NCBI GenBank assembly: GCA_937625935.1
Contig: OW569350.1
Location: forward strand, 186,001 to 250,000
DNA length: 64,000 nucleotides
DNA from: Tetramitus jugosus
Lineage: Eukaryota; Protista; Heterolobosea
Direction: 5' to 3'
Part shown: in pieces, positions 33,473-43,396 of the stretch
Numbering within the stretch: position 1 is the first letter of the stretch
How the letters are laid out: the number at the start of each line of letters is the position of its first letter
Notes under the pieces: generated by a model
Told to the model about the DNA's origin: nothing
Databases searched by the model: none
Seen by the model: the letters and a program-made list of their open reading frames with translations, nothing else
Position numbers and translations under genes: made by a program

Positions 33473-33793
33473 TTACTCTTGAACATCCTTGCTCAAGATG
33501 GTCATGAGATCACCGTGGTGGCTGTCAAAAGCAGGGCACTTCTTGACTTGATCGTGTGGAATGTTCTTGACACTGTCATGCAGGTCCTTCATCGAGTGAG
33601 CATGGTCAAATGGGCACTTGTGGTTGGAGAAGGCAGGGCATTGAGACAACAAGCTATTGTAGTGTTGTTCAAACACGTTTCTCTCAGCTTCGTTCAGTGG
33701 ACATGCGCTTGGTTGTTGATCACGAGGCAATTCAACAAAATTCTTCATCTTTTCCAAGACTTCTACCATTGTTGGACCAGTTTGTTCGACCAT
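33473..33793 (-). CDS. Small protein with four Cys-Pro motifs
   Basis: 106-aa ORF containing ACPL, QCPAF, KCPF and KCPAF; the A-rich leader resembles other genes here. Confidence 0.65.
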   Translation of the reverse strand: MVEQTGPTMVEVLEKMKNFVELPRDQQPSACPLNEAERNVFEQHYNSLLSQCPAFSNHKCPFDHAHSMKDLHDSVKNIPHDQVKKCPAFDSHHGDLMTILSKDVQE

Positions 33794-34200
33794 TTTGTGT
33801 GTAAAGTAAGCAGGATATTGGATTTGTTATTGGTGTGTTGTTGGGTTTGTTGAAAGGAGTTCGCAAGAGTTTTTTGCCCAGAAAGACTTGTTGAAAACCG
33901 AAGCGAGAAATCAGTTGACAAAAGACTCCTCATCACCATCACCCTTCAAAGACACCCCACCTGAATGTTAATTTTAGGTACTACCGGCTAGGTTTGTTTT
34001 TGTTGAACTATCAAAAAAAAAGTGACATGCCGACACCGCCAAAAGTTCCACAATAACTTGCCGTAGATGTGAACAATTCGAACGGACAACAACCATCGAT
34101 TTCAATTTCTTGCTTTTGCCAGCAGCGTTCCGCACACGAAAAAGACCATCGACAAAACCAAGCAGCAAAGGGCATCTCTCAACACCAAAAAAAAAACAGC

Positions 34201-36663
34201 ATGAACCACACGCGCGCCAACAGCAGTAACAAGAGGGGACCTATCACATCATTCACTGCCTATAGCAGCAATCGGAGACTACTGACCATACTCATTGTTG
34301 TCTGTGTGACTCTTCCCCTCATATTTTACACACTTCACATTTACAATGACGCTGATTCACTGAATCGCAAAACACTACTAGGTGATAATACAAATCATGG
34401 TATACCTCCATTGGTCCAAATCAACAATGACAATCTCATTTTTAAGCAACAACAATTTCCCAATGATTATCATATCAACAAACAAAATGAAATAATCAAC
34501 AACTATCCTAAGCCCATTGTACCACAACCACAACCACAACAACAACAACAACAACAGCCACTGCAACAACAAGAGCAACAACAAAAACCTTATGCATGGC
34601 CAAGAGAAGATGAAAATTCAATCAAAAACACTCTACAAAAGGAAGAAGACATGAAAGAGTCTCAACAACAACAACAAAATGCACAATGGCAACAACAACC
34701 ACAACAACAACAGCAAGAAGAAGTTGGTGTGAACAACAATTTGGAACAAAACACGAATCAACAACGTTTCAACAATGTGCCGCCACAAGAACCTCTGAAC
34801 AACATTCAGCGACTCGTTCAAAAACAACAACAGCTACTCCAACAACAACAACAACAAAAGGAAGAAGCAGTGGAGCATCATGAAGACGAAAATGAAGATG
34901 CCAACACTAAGAATCATGACGAGGACGATGATGACAATAATGCGCTCATTAGGAAAAGGCAACCACCTCTTGAGAAGAAGAAGAAGAAGACTTTCGGAGT
35001 CGATGAAAGAGAACCGAATGATGCCGATGATGATGAACAACATTTGCTACAGAGACAACAGCAAAAACAACAATTGCTAGAGCAAGAGCGAACTCGAAAG
35101 GCACAAATTCAAAGAAAACAACAAGTAGAGAAGGAACAACAAGAAGAACAACAGGAAGAAGAAGAAGACACTATTGAAAAACGGAGAAGGAGGAAAACAC
35201 GACCTGTCGCACGTAACTTTGAAGATGATGATCAACACGATGAGAAACAGCAAGATAATGAAGAAGAAGAAGAAGTTAAGAAGAAACCTGCTGTTAGAGT
35301 CAAGAAAGTAGTCAAGAACAAGAACAATAGGATGAATGACGATGAGGACAATGAAGAAGATGGTGATGAGGATGCTGAGGAGGAGAAGGCAGCAGTGCGT
35401 GAACCTAAAAGACAAAAACGGAATGCAAATACCGATAATGATCACGAGGAAGAAGATGAACAAGATGAACAAGATGAACAAGATGAACAAGATGAACAAG
35501 ATGAACAAGATGAAAAAAACAAGAAACCAAAGAGACCACTCAAGAGAGTCAATAAGACTGAAAGAGAGGACGTGCATAATGAAGATGAAGAAGAAGCAGA
35601 AGAAGCTGAGAATGCATCCAGTCGAAAGAATGCTCGAAAAAAGGCTCTTGCTAGAGAGAAGCGTGATGGTGATGAAGAAGAGGAAGAAGAAAAGTCAAAA
35701 GACAAGTTGATCGGCAAGAGCAAAAAAGGATTGAATGAAGAGCCGCAAGAGGTGAACAAGAAGCAAGCAAAGAAGGACGACGAGAACAGCACAGGCACTA
35801 ACAACAAGAATTCTATGTCCGAGGATAATCCATCGACCAAGCCTGTTGCACAACAGGAAGAAAAGAATGCGGTCACCGAAACTGCCGAACCACAGAAACC
35901 AAAGGCTCAACCTCCAGCGTATCAGCGATCATTGGAATCTGATATTCAGAACGCGATTACAAAACAAAGAGACTTAATTCTCACAACTGTTGTCGAAGAT
36001 AATGTCAATGTGTTTAAGCTGTGGTACAAGAGTTTGGTCAAGTTGGGCCTCGAGAAGCATGTTTTCATCTTTTCAAACTCTGCGACAGCGCCAATGTTGA
36101 AGGAGGCAAACTACAACAATGTGGTCTACTTTAAGAATGATCGAGGATATCCATTGATTGTCCAAAAGCACATGTTTTTAAGTTTGCTGCTTCAGAGAAA
36201 GGTCAATGTGTTGCTTGCTTCCTGCAATGCTTATTGGCTCAAGAATCCATTGGCATTTATTCATTCACCACATGAACATGATCCTTATTCCGAAGAGTCG
36301 AAACCAAAACCAGGAGATATCATTGGCCTCCAGAGAAGTTACAACTCACCTGGCTTAAGCTTCAGCTTAGCCTATTTTAACAATACGGACATCTTGCGTA
36401 ATGTGTGGAGACAAGCTGGTAAGAGCAACTTACTGCTCCAATTGAAGCGTCCAAAGTTTAGTGCAGCCGAAGAGGATTCTGCGCTCAACAAGTTTATCAA
36501 GGGTACTGAGCTAACGTTGCAACTATTTCCAAAGCAATCCTTCCCACCATCAGTTGAAGAAATGGAGGAAGGTGCGGACATTCAAGTGTTGAACAATCTC
36601 GACGCAGAGCACATTGAGGAGTTGTACGATGCAGGTTTGTTGCACGAAGATGACGCAACATGA
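34201..36663 (+). CDS. Type II membrane protein with a long Q/E/K-rich stalk and a C-terminal nucleotide-diphospho-sugar transferase (GT77-like) domain, DxD degenerate
   Basis: N-terminal TM LLTILIVVCVTLPLIFYTL. C-terminal K..FL..LL....NVLLASCNAYWLKNPL follows the GT77 pattern VL..D.D..W..NP. Confidence 0.6.
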   Translation: MNHTRANSSNKRGPITSFTAYSSNRRLLTILIVVCVTLPLIFYTLHIYNDADSLNRKTLLGDNTNHGIPPLVQINNDNLIFKQQQFPNDYHINKQNEIINNYPKPIVPQPQPQQQQQQQPLQQQEQQQKPYAWPREDENSIKNTLQKEEDMKESQQQQQNAQWQQQPQQQQQEEVGVNNNLEQNTNQQRFNNVPPQEPLNNIQRLVQKQQQLLQQQQQQKEEAVEHHEDENEDANTKNHDEDDDDNNALIRKRQPPLEKKKKKTFGVDEREPNDADDDEQHLLQRQQQKQQLLEQERTRKAQIQRKQQVEKEQQEEQQEEEEDTIEKRRRRKTRPVARNFEDDDQHDEKQQDNEEEEEVKKKPAVRVKKVVKNKNNRMNDDEDNEEDGDEDAEEEKAAVREPKRQKRNANTDNDHEEEDEQDEQDEQDEQDEQDEQDEKNKKPKRPLKRVNKTEREDVHNEDEEEAEEAENASSRKNARKKALAREKRDGDEEEEEEKSKDKLIGKSKKGLNEEPQEVNKKQAKKDDENSTGTNNKNSMSEDNPSTKPVAQQEEKNAVTETAEPQKPKAQPPAYQRSLESDIQNAITKQRDLILTTVVEDNVNVFKLWYKSLVKLGLEKHVFIFSNSATAPMLKEANYNNVVYFKNDRGYPLIVQKHMFLSLLLQRKVNVLLASCNAYWLKNPLAFIHSPHEHDPYSEESKPKPGDIIGLQRSYNSPGLSFSLAYFNNTDILRNVWRQAGKSNLLLQLKRPKFSAAEEDSALNKFIKGTELTLQLFPKQSFPPSVEEMEEGADIQVLNNLDAEHIEELYDAGLLHEDDAT
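35455..35514 (+). repeat. Coding tandem repeat (GATGAACAA)x6.7 encoding (DEQ)n
   Basis: Read directly from the sequence. Confidence 0.95.
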
Positions 36664-36742
36664 CCATATAGAGAATAAACAAGCACACACAATGGATCAT
36701 TGTACTATATATAAAAACTGAACATTAGCTGTATTTTAAGTT

Positions 36743-37777
36743 TTACTTTGGTTTTCCAAACACAATCTTCTTGCCAGTCCAATTCGTGTTCTCCAGCATT
36801 CCTCTCTGTTTTCTCTTTTCGAGAATCGATGGATGCACAATCACATCGGTAGCTACAGTAGGCTTATTAGTCGAAGCAACCTTGTTGTTATTAACATTGG
36901 TGGTGGATGGAGCAGCGGGAGTCATTGGCTTTCGATCGAATCCATTCTGATTTTGACTCCGAGTATTGTTCCTTGAAAATTGTTGTTGTGATTGTTGCGC
37001 ATTCGGTTTTTTGTGATTGTTGAATGATTGATTGTCTCTCGTGTATGTCTTGCTTGTTTTCTCTGCTGATGAGAAGGATGACGCTTGTTTATCAATGGTC
37101 TTGTTTGCATCATTGAATTTCATGTGTCGATTATTGTAATTCGTTGCAGTACCATCCACTGTCTTTGCAAATGTTTTTGTTGTTGTTGATGGTTTCGTTG
37201 ACAACATTTTGTTCGATTTTTCAATCTTCTTGTTATCGTCATCATCATCATCATCGTTATGAGCACTGGATGAAAAGACGACAATCGTGGATCCATCACT
37301 ACCAAATTTCATTCTCTTGCCCACATATTTTTTCATTTGATCAATGGTTCGTTTTCGTATACGAATGGACCATGATGGATGCAGCGTATCAATCGAAACT
37401 GCACAATTTTTACCTTGTTCGGTCAATGGGAAGAGAATGTTTGATTTTGATGTTTTTTCAATCATTGCTTGTTGTTGTAATTTTTCATCTTCTTCTTCAC
37501 TATTTTGTTGTTGTTGTTGTGCATTTTTTAAGAATTTCTTCTTTTCTTTTAATGTGACAAATGTTTGATTGGATGAATTATTGTTATTGTTGGAGTGTTG
37601 TTCATCTAATAAATCTTGTTCTTTAGTGATGGATGTTTGTTCTTCTTCTTGTTCTATTTGTTCTATTTGTTCATCATCGTCAGAGGAGAAGAAATCTTCG
37701 TCATCGGACATGATTTCACCACCGAGAGTCTCTAGAAACATACTACCACTTTTGAGCGATTGTTGTGTTGTTGTCAT
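36743..37777 (-). CDS. Bud22/SRFBP1-like low-complexity protein
   Basis: C-terminal VHPSILEKRKQR...WTGKKIVF and an internal LHPSW...GKRMKF both resemble the Bud22 C-terminal signature LHPSW.A......GKKI.F. Confidence 0.6.
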   Translation of the reverse strand: MTTTQQSLKSGSMFLETLGGEIMSDDEDFFSSDDDEQIEQIEQEEEQTSITKEQDLLDEQHSNNNNNSSNQTFVTLKEKKKFLKNAQQQQQNSEEEDEKLQQQAMIEKTSKSNILFPLTEQGKNCAVSIDTLHPSWSIRIRKRTIDQMKKYVGKRMKFGSDGSTIVVFSSSAHNDDDDDDDNKKIEKSNKMLSTKPSTTTKTFAKTVDGTATNYNNRHMKFNDANKTIDKQASSFSSAEKTSKTYTRDNQSFNNHKKPNAQQSQQQFSRNNTRSQNQNGFDRKPMTPAAPSTTNVNNNKVASTNKPTVATDVIVHPSILEKRKQRGMLENTNWTGKKIVFGKPK

Positions 37778-37880
37778 CTTGTCAAGATTGTTGTTGTTGT
37801 TGTTTTTCAATTTTGTTGTTTGTTTTTCTTCTTCTCTCCGATTGCATTTTTCGAATGTTCATGGAAAAGATTGAACACTG

Positions 37881-40736
37881 ATGTCGTGGAAATTTCACAC
37901 AGATAGGAAAAATATTCTTCAGCAGCACACAACATCAACAAAACAAAAAATGAAAAAGTGGACTAGTAGAGGAAATTGTCGCACAGCCAGTTTGCTCTTG
38001 CTGAATCATCAGCGACCATCACTCACTCGAACCATCACTCTTGCATCTCTCCTCCCATCATCATCATCAACAACAACTACTACTACTACTACTAGTACGA
38101 TTCGAAATCATCATCATCATCATTTTCATCATCGTTATCATGACTTGACCAACAAAAACAACAGTAATAACAACAAATATTTCAACATTCAAAAACAACA
38201 TTTTCATACCTCTTCCATCAGACATCAGACTGACCAAGAAGACTATTATCAAACATCAAGCTCTACAGGTAGCAGCAGTAGCGGTAGTAGTGGAAGCAGT
38301 GGAAGCAGTAGTGGTGGTGGAATTCAGAATCCCTATGTCAAATCACTTCGAAAATTCTTTTTAAAAGTTCATCCTGATTTTTTCAATGATCAACCAAAGT
38401 TTCAATCATTGAATCAAAAGTCGTTTCAAGAGTTGAATGAAATGTTGAATTGGTTGGATGATTATTCGGAGATTGCACTTCAGCTCGAAAGGTCACAATC
38501 TCCCAAACAAACTTCGATTTATCCGCCGGAGAATCGGACTTTTGTGTTTTATTCAAGAATGAGCTTGAATGATAGTGTGGTGACTGCAGAAGAACGACAA
38601 AAGGTGCCTAGTCAGCGTATAGAGTCCAATTTTGTGGTACCGCGTGATTTCTTTCCTGATTTCTCTCTAAAGAGCGTTCGTATCATCACAAAACAAATTG
38701 ATGATTGCATCTTGAGTCTGTTGTCTCAAGCAGGAATTGCAAAACCTGATTTTGAAGGTGCAAGAGCCGCTCAGGAAGGTGGTGATGCTGCAACTGAAGC
38801 AAGTAGAGGTTGGGTGTTCAATGATGAGCCATTGTTTGGTGGTGAAGATGTTTCGGAGAGTCGAAAGCGCGGTGAACGAGTCAACAAGGATGCACTGAGA
38901 GAAGAGTTTAGAATGGCATTGATCAATAACACACAGAACAAGAGTGTGGAGAGAATGAAGAGTGGAGAGTGGTGGGAAGATGATATTCCGAGTGTGGATA
39001 CCTTGGTGGAGAATGGTATGCTGTATTTGAGTCGTGATTTGTCATTGGTCGAGTCGCAAAAGGCGTTGGAAAGCTTGCGCAGACACATTTACAATATGGA
39101 GTTTTATCGGTGGAGTACGATACCTGTGATGATTGGACCATCGGGTCAGTATGTTCCCAATGAACCGGCACCTGGTTTCATAACGATTCCCTATGATTTC
39201 GACCCAAAGGAATTTATTCGTTTCTTGAATCGTTCGATTGAACAGGTGAACACGCAGAGAAAGTCAACTAGAGAACGTGCCCGACAGATTCAAATTTTGA
39301 AGAGCCAGATTGAAGAAGAGCTGAAGCTTTCAAAGTTGTCATGGAATGATACTTTTGTGAATGACAAGGGCGAAAAGCAAGTGGTCACACTCAAGTCTAC
39401 ACAGATATTGCAGTGTCTCGAGTCCATTTTCAACTCCTTGGAGGATATCAAGCTGATTTACGGCAAAGTTTTACCAGGTGTTCACATCATCATCGGAGAT
39501 GCATACAGAGTGATTAGCTCTGATGGATCAATCATGATCAAGTGGGACATGAGAGCTACACCAGAAACTAATGAGTTGGTTGATTATTTTGAGTTTTTGG
39601 GCGCTGAAACACTGAAGAATTGTAGTCGATTGGCCATTGCGATGAAGCGATTGACAGAAGAGTCGAAAAAGATGGGTAATGCGATTATTGATAGACTTGG
39701 ATGCGAGGCATTAGATGTCGTGAGTCACTCTGATCATTCAATTGCCATCAAGTTTACCTTCTTGAAGAATCTAGAGCAACAATTGTTGTTCTTGAGTCGA
39801 TATGTCTGGACAGATTACTTGTTTGTCATGACAGACGATGACATTATTATGGGAAGAGGCAAATTGGATGGTGTCAAGATTGATACCGACGAGAAGCGAG
39901 TCTTGTTGCCTGCTGCCTTCACAGAAGAGAATCTTGTGAAGGTTGTGGACGAGTGGGATAAAAAGCAGAAGAAACTATTGCAGGGTAACTCAAAAGATGA
40001 CGATATGGACAAGTTTGATAATGACTTTGTGAGAGGTATGACACTGATGAATCAGATTATGGAGTTGGAGCTCAAGGATCCCGATTTTGTTGAGTTCTAT
40101 AACTCTGATGTGTTAGACAAGGATGACATCAATAAGGCGAAGGAAGAGGATGATGAAATGGGTGATATGGATGATATGGTCGACTCTGAAAAATTGAAAG
40201 ATGAGGTGGACTTCAGTCCTGAGGGTATTGAACGATTAGGTAAGGAAACCATGAAACAAGCATATAAGTTGCATGACTTGTACTTGGAAGAGAAGAAAAT
40301 GATTCAGCAGTATCGAGAAGATCTAATCCAAAAGCGGAGGAAGAATCTGGAGAAGAAACTTTTGAAAACAAGTGACGAAGAAGCTAGGTTGAAACTAATC
40401 GAAGACTATCAAAGATTTGTGATGGCCAAGCAGAGATCGGTAGAGTACAGGAAGGTTGATATCGAGGGTAAGATTGATATTATTACTCAGGCTGTGTACG
40501 ATGATATAACGAGAATGTACGAAGAAAGGCAAAGAGAGAAGAGAATTTATCTGAGGAAGTACAAAGCATTCAACAATTCTCAAAGAATCAAGCAAAGAGT
40601 TCAGCTCAACTATGACCTGAAATCAGGAGATGTTTTAACTTCCTTTAATGACTTGGTCGCTAAGAAATACTCAACCGACCCACAGGCAGCAAAGATTAAT
40701 AGTGTGGTGGACTATCATTTTCCTGAGGCACAATAA
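37881..40736 (+). CDS. TCAIM: TCAIM-like mitochondrial protein (DUF4460); start may be 37950
   Basis: LRKFFLKVHPDFF..QP...LNQKSFQ.LN J-like DUF4460 motif after a transit-peptide-like leader. Confidence 0.75.
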   Translation: MSWKFHTDRKNILQQHTTSTKQKMKKWTSRGNCRTASLLLLNHQRPSLTRTITLASLLPSSSSTTTTTTTTSTIRNHHHHHFHHRYHDLTNKNNSNNNKYFNIQKQHFHTSSIRHQTDQEDYYQTSSSTGSSSSGSSGSSGSSSGGGIQNPYVKSLRKFFLKVHPDFFNDQPKFQSLNQKSFQELNEMLNWLDDYSEIALQLERSQSPKQTSIYPPENRTFVFYSRMSLNDSVVTAEERQKVPSQRIESNFVVPRDFFPDFSLKSVRIITKQIDDCILSLLSQAGIAKPDFEGARAAQEGGDAATEASRGWVFNDEPLFGGEDVSESRKRGERVNKDALREEFRMALINNTQNKSVERMKSGEWWEDDIPSVDTLVENGMLYLSRDLSLVESQKALESLRRHIYNMEFYRWSTIPVMIGPSGQYVPNEPAPGFITIPYDFDPKEFIRFLNRSIEQVNTQRKSTRERARQIQILKSQIEEELKLSKLSWNDTFVNDKGEKQVVTLKSTQILQCLESIFNSLEDIKLIYGKVLPGVHIIIGDAYRVISSDGSIMIKWDMRATPETNELVDYFEFLGAETLKNCSRLAIAMKRLTEESKKMGNAIIDRLGCEALDVVSHSDHSIAIKFTFLKNLEQQLLFLSRYVWTDYLFVMTDDDIIMGRGKLDGVKIDTDEKRVLLPAAFTEENLVKVVDEWDKKQKKLLQGNSKDDDMDKFDNDFVRGMTLMNQIMELELKDPDFVEFYNSDVLDKDDINKAKEEDDEMGDMDDMVDSEKLKDEVDFSPEGIERLGKETMKQAYKLHDLYLEEKKMIQQYREDLIQKRRKNLEKKLLKTSDEEARLKLIEDYQRFVMAKQRSVEYRKVDIEGKIDIITQAVYDDITRMYEERQREKRIYLRKYKAFNNSQRIKQRVQLNYDLKSGDVLTSFNDLVAKKYSTDPQAAKINSVVDYHFPEAQ

Positions 40737-40765
40737 AACCTACTGAACAATACAAACAAGTGATG

Positions 40766-42935
40766 TCACTTTGATTTTACAACTGTCTTTCGAAGGAAGG
40801 ATAGCGTTGGTCGCATTAATCTGTTCTCTATTGGTTCCTTTTTAGCAGGTGGAGCAGGCGAAGGAACCTTTTTCTTCTTCTTTCTCTTTCGTGGGGAGTT
40901 CAGAGAGTTCGCTGTTGGTGCCGACAGTGGTCTGTTACTTGGAGTATCATAAATCGATTGCAAGGTGGGCACGGAGTTGCTGCGTATGGAGATTGAGTTT
41001 GTTGGAGCTTCATTAAGTACTGGTCTCGTTTTTGGAGCTGATGAAGGTCTCTTTCGGACTTGAACATTTTCGACACCTGCCCCTGATCCTCGTTTCAGAT
41101 TACTGCTCACAGTTCCTTGTAGAACAGAGTGGCTGGAAGGATAACCACTTCCAGTTATACTAGATCTCACTATGCTGGTTCTTTTCTCGACATCTATCGA
41201 CGTAGAAGGTTTTCTATTCACTTTCAAGAATAAAGGTTCTTGGTCTTGTGGAGATGGTTGGGAATTGTACTGAGTAGGATTGAAATTAGAAGTAGAACTC
41301 CTATTGGGGCCAGGCAAAGTTAGCGCTGAGGAATTGTCCCTCTTGGAGGTTGTATTCGGTTGATTTCTTTTCGGTGGGGTTGGTCCTCGATACTTTTTCG
41401 GTTGAGGGAGAGATTGCGGTTTCGGTGCTGTCTGCGAGACAGAATTGGGTAAGGAGAGTTGAACTTCTGTTGACTTTGATCCGGGTTGAGAAGCGTTTGA
41501 GGAGAATGATGTAGGTCGTTTCCTCAAGTTGTATGAGTGGTTAGTCTCAGGTTTTGAGTCTACTTCATACTTCTCTTGCTTTGTAGGTTGATTCTCAGTA
41601 TTGTTGTTCGATGTTGGTATCGTGGGCGAATTGTTCGAAGGTGGAGGGTCCGATATGATCAGTTGCGAGGAAACTCCATCTAATGAATCAGATGATGATT
41701 GTGTTTCCAGTTTTTTCAACCGGGGGTCTGAAGCCAAGGATATCATACCTACAGGAGCTGGGGGATCTTCCTTTGAATATACAACATTCGAACCGTCCAA
41801 CAAGCTAATAGGTGTGTTGATAGACACAGGAACGAAGTTGGGTGGAATTTTAAGGATGGGCTTGGTCTTCGGCCGCGTATCTAGAGAATGTGTTCGAGGG
41901 CCTAGTATATGCTCATTTGAATCAAAAATTACACGTCTATTGTGTTTCACATTTTGTATAGAATATATTGCGTATTCTTCATTGTTGTAGGGTACGCTGT
42001 TCATGTACTACCATCATAGAATAGATGCAGATGAAATTTGTTCAAGCGTTAGACAAGGTCACTGTGTTAGACATGGTCACTGTTCGTACATCTGGTGACT
42101 GACAAGAGCTTCTACATACAGTATGTTTTAGAATCAACATTTGATCGCGTAGTGGGAGATCTCTAGGATCCGATGGATCCAAGTTCCTAGCTCTTCTCTT
42201 GGACAACAACTTTAATTGGCGAACAAAGTAGGTTTGCATTTTCATATCTGGATGAGCAACATGAATATAGGACATGCTCTGCTCCAATGTCCATCCATAC
42301 TTGAAAATAAAGAAGGCAGCAATCACAACACAACATCGAGCTATCATCAGAATAGTCACTAGCTGTTAATAACGAGATTTCAAAGAAAGATTTTCATGAG
42401 CAAAACAACACTTACATAATCCATTCAGGGAATGAACAAGAACACACTCGCCTCTTTCAAACGCTTTCTCAATAAATTTTGTAATCCGTGATATGTTTCT
42501 GTCTTGAGAGTCCAAAATCTGTGTCGTCGCCACATCTCTCCACGGAAATGTCAAATACTCTATTCCACTATCATTAAAGATATTGGCAGCCTCTAATCCA
42601 GCACAATTGACAATGTGAGAAACCTTGTTCGAGAACAAAAAGTCATCATCTTGAGCAGCCATTGCATTTCCTACGAATAGACCATCCATGACACGAACAG
42701 CCATCAGTAGAGGCATCTCTTGTTCTTCATAGTACGATGCTTGTTGTTGTTGTTGTTGCATCATCATGTTGGACTGATGTTGCTGTTGTTGTTGTTGCTG
42801 TTGGTTCTGGTGCTGTTGATGCTGCTGTTGAATCATCATTCTTTGCATTTGAAGCTGTTGCAAATGTTGTTGATGCTGTAGCTGATATTGTAGCTGTTGA
42901 TTTTGGGAAAGGATTTGCTGTTGATAAGTGTTCAT
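40766..42935 (-). CDS. Dual-specificity phosphatase-like protein with Cys->Ser at the catalytic site; exons 42935-42416, 42340-42120, 42007-40766
   Basis: DGLFVGN..AAQD, SHIVNCA, CVLVHSLNGL|SRCC, KYGWTL. Two GT-AG introns restore the frame. Confidence 0.8.
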
Positions 42936-43396
42936 TGTGAAATTAATGACGAGCTATGGACTAATGTTATTGGGTTTTCGAGGTATGTGTGATATCATTC
43001 GTCGATCCTCTGAAACAAGGAAAGCTCGCCTAATAGGTGTGTTGATGTTTTAAGTCGTTACCGCCAAATATTTCTGTATGTCCATTTTGGCGCCAAACGA
43101 ATCCGAAGCTGTTCGGAGTAAAACACCACGTATGGAAATCATGTTGAAGTTCACATCCATGAGAATAACATAAGAAAGTAGTTATTCATTGATAATTAAG
43201 CTCTCATGGATGACAGAACAGAAATCGTCACGAAGAGTCAATCTCATACAACCATCCAAGATTATTGACGCTTTTTGGGGGGTGACGTTTGATTTGTGAA
43301 TGTCCCCTCACACATAAAGTTTCTTTCGAGAGAAAACACAGAAAACATCCAAACAAAAAAAATCTCCATACCAGCTGACATCCACAATAAATCATC

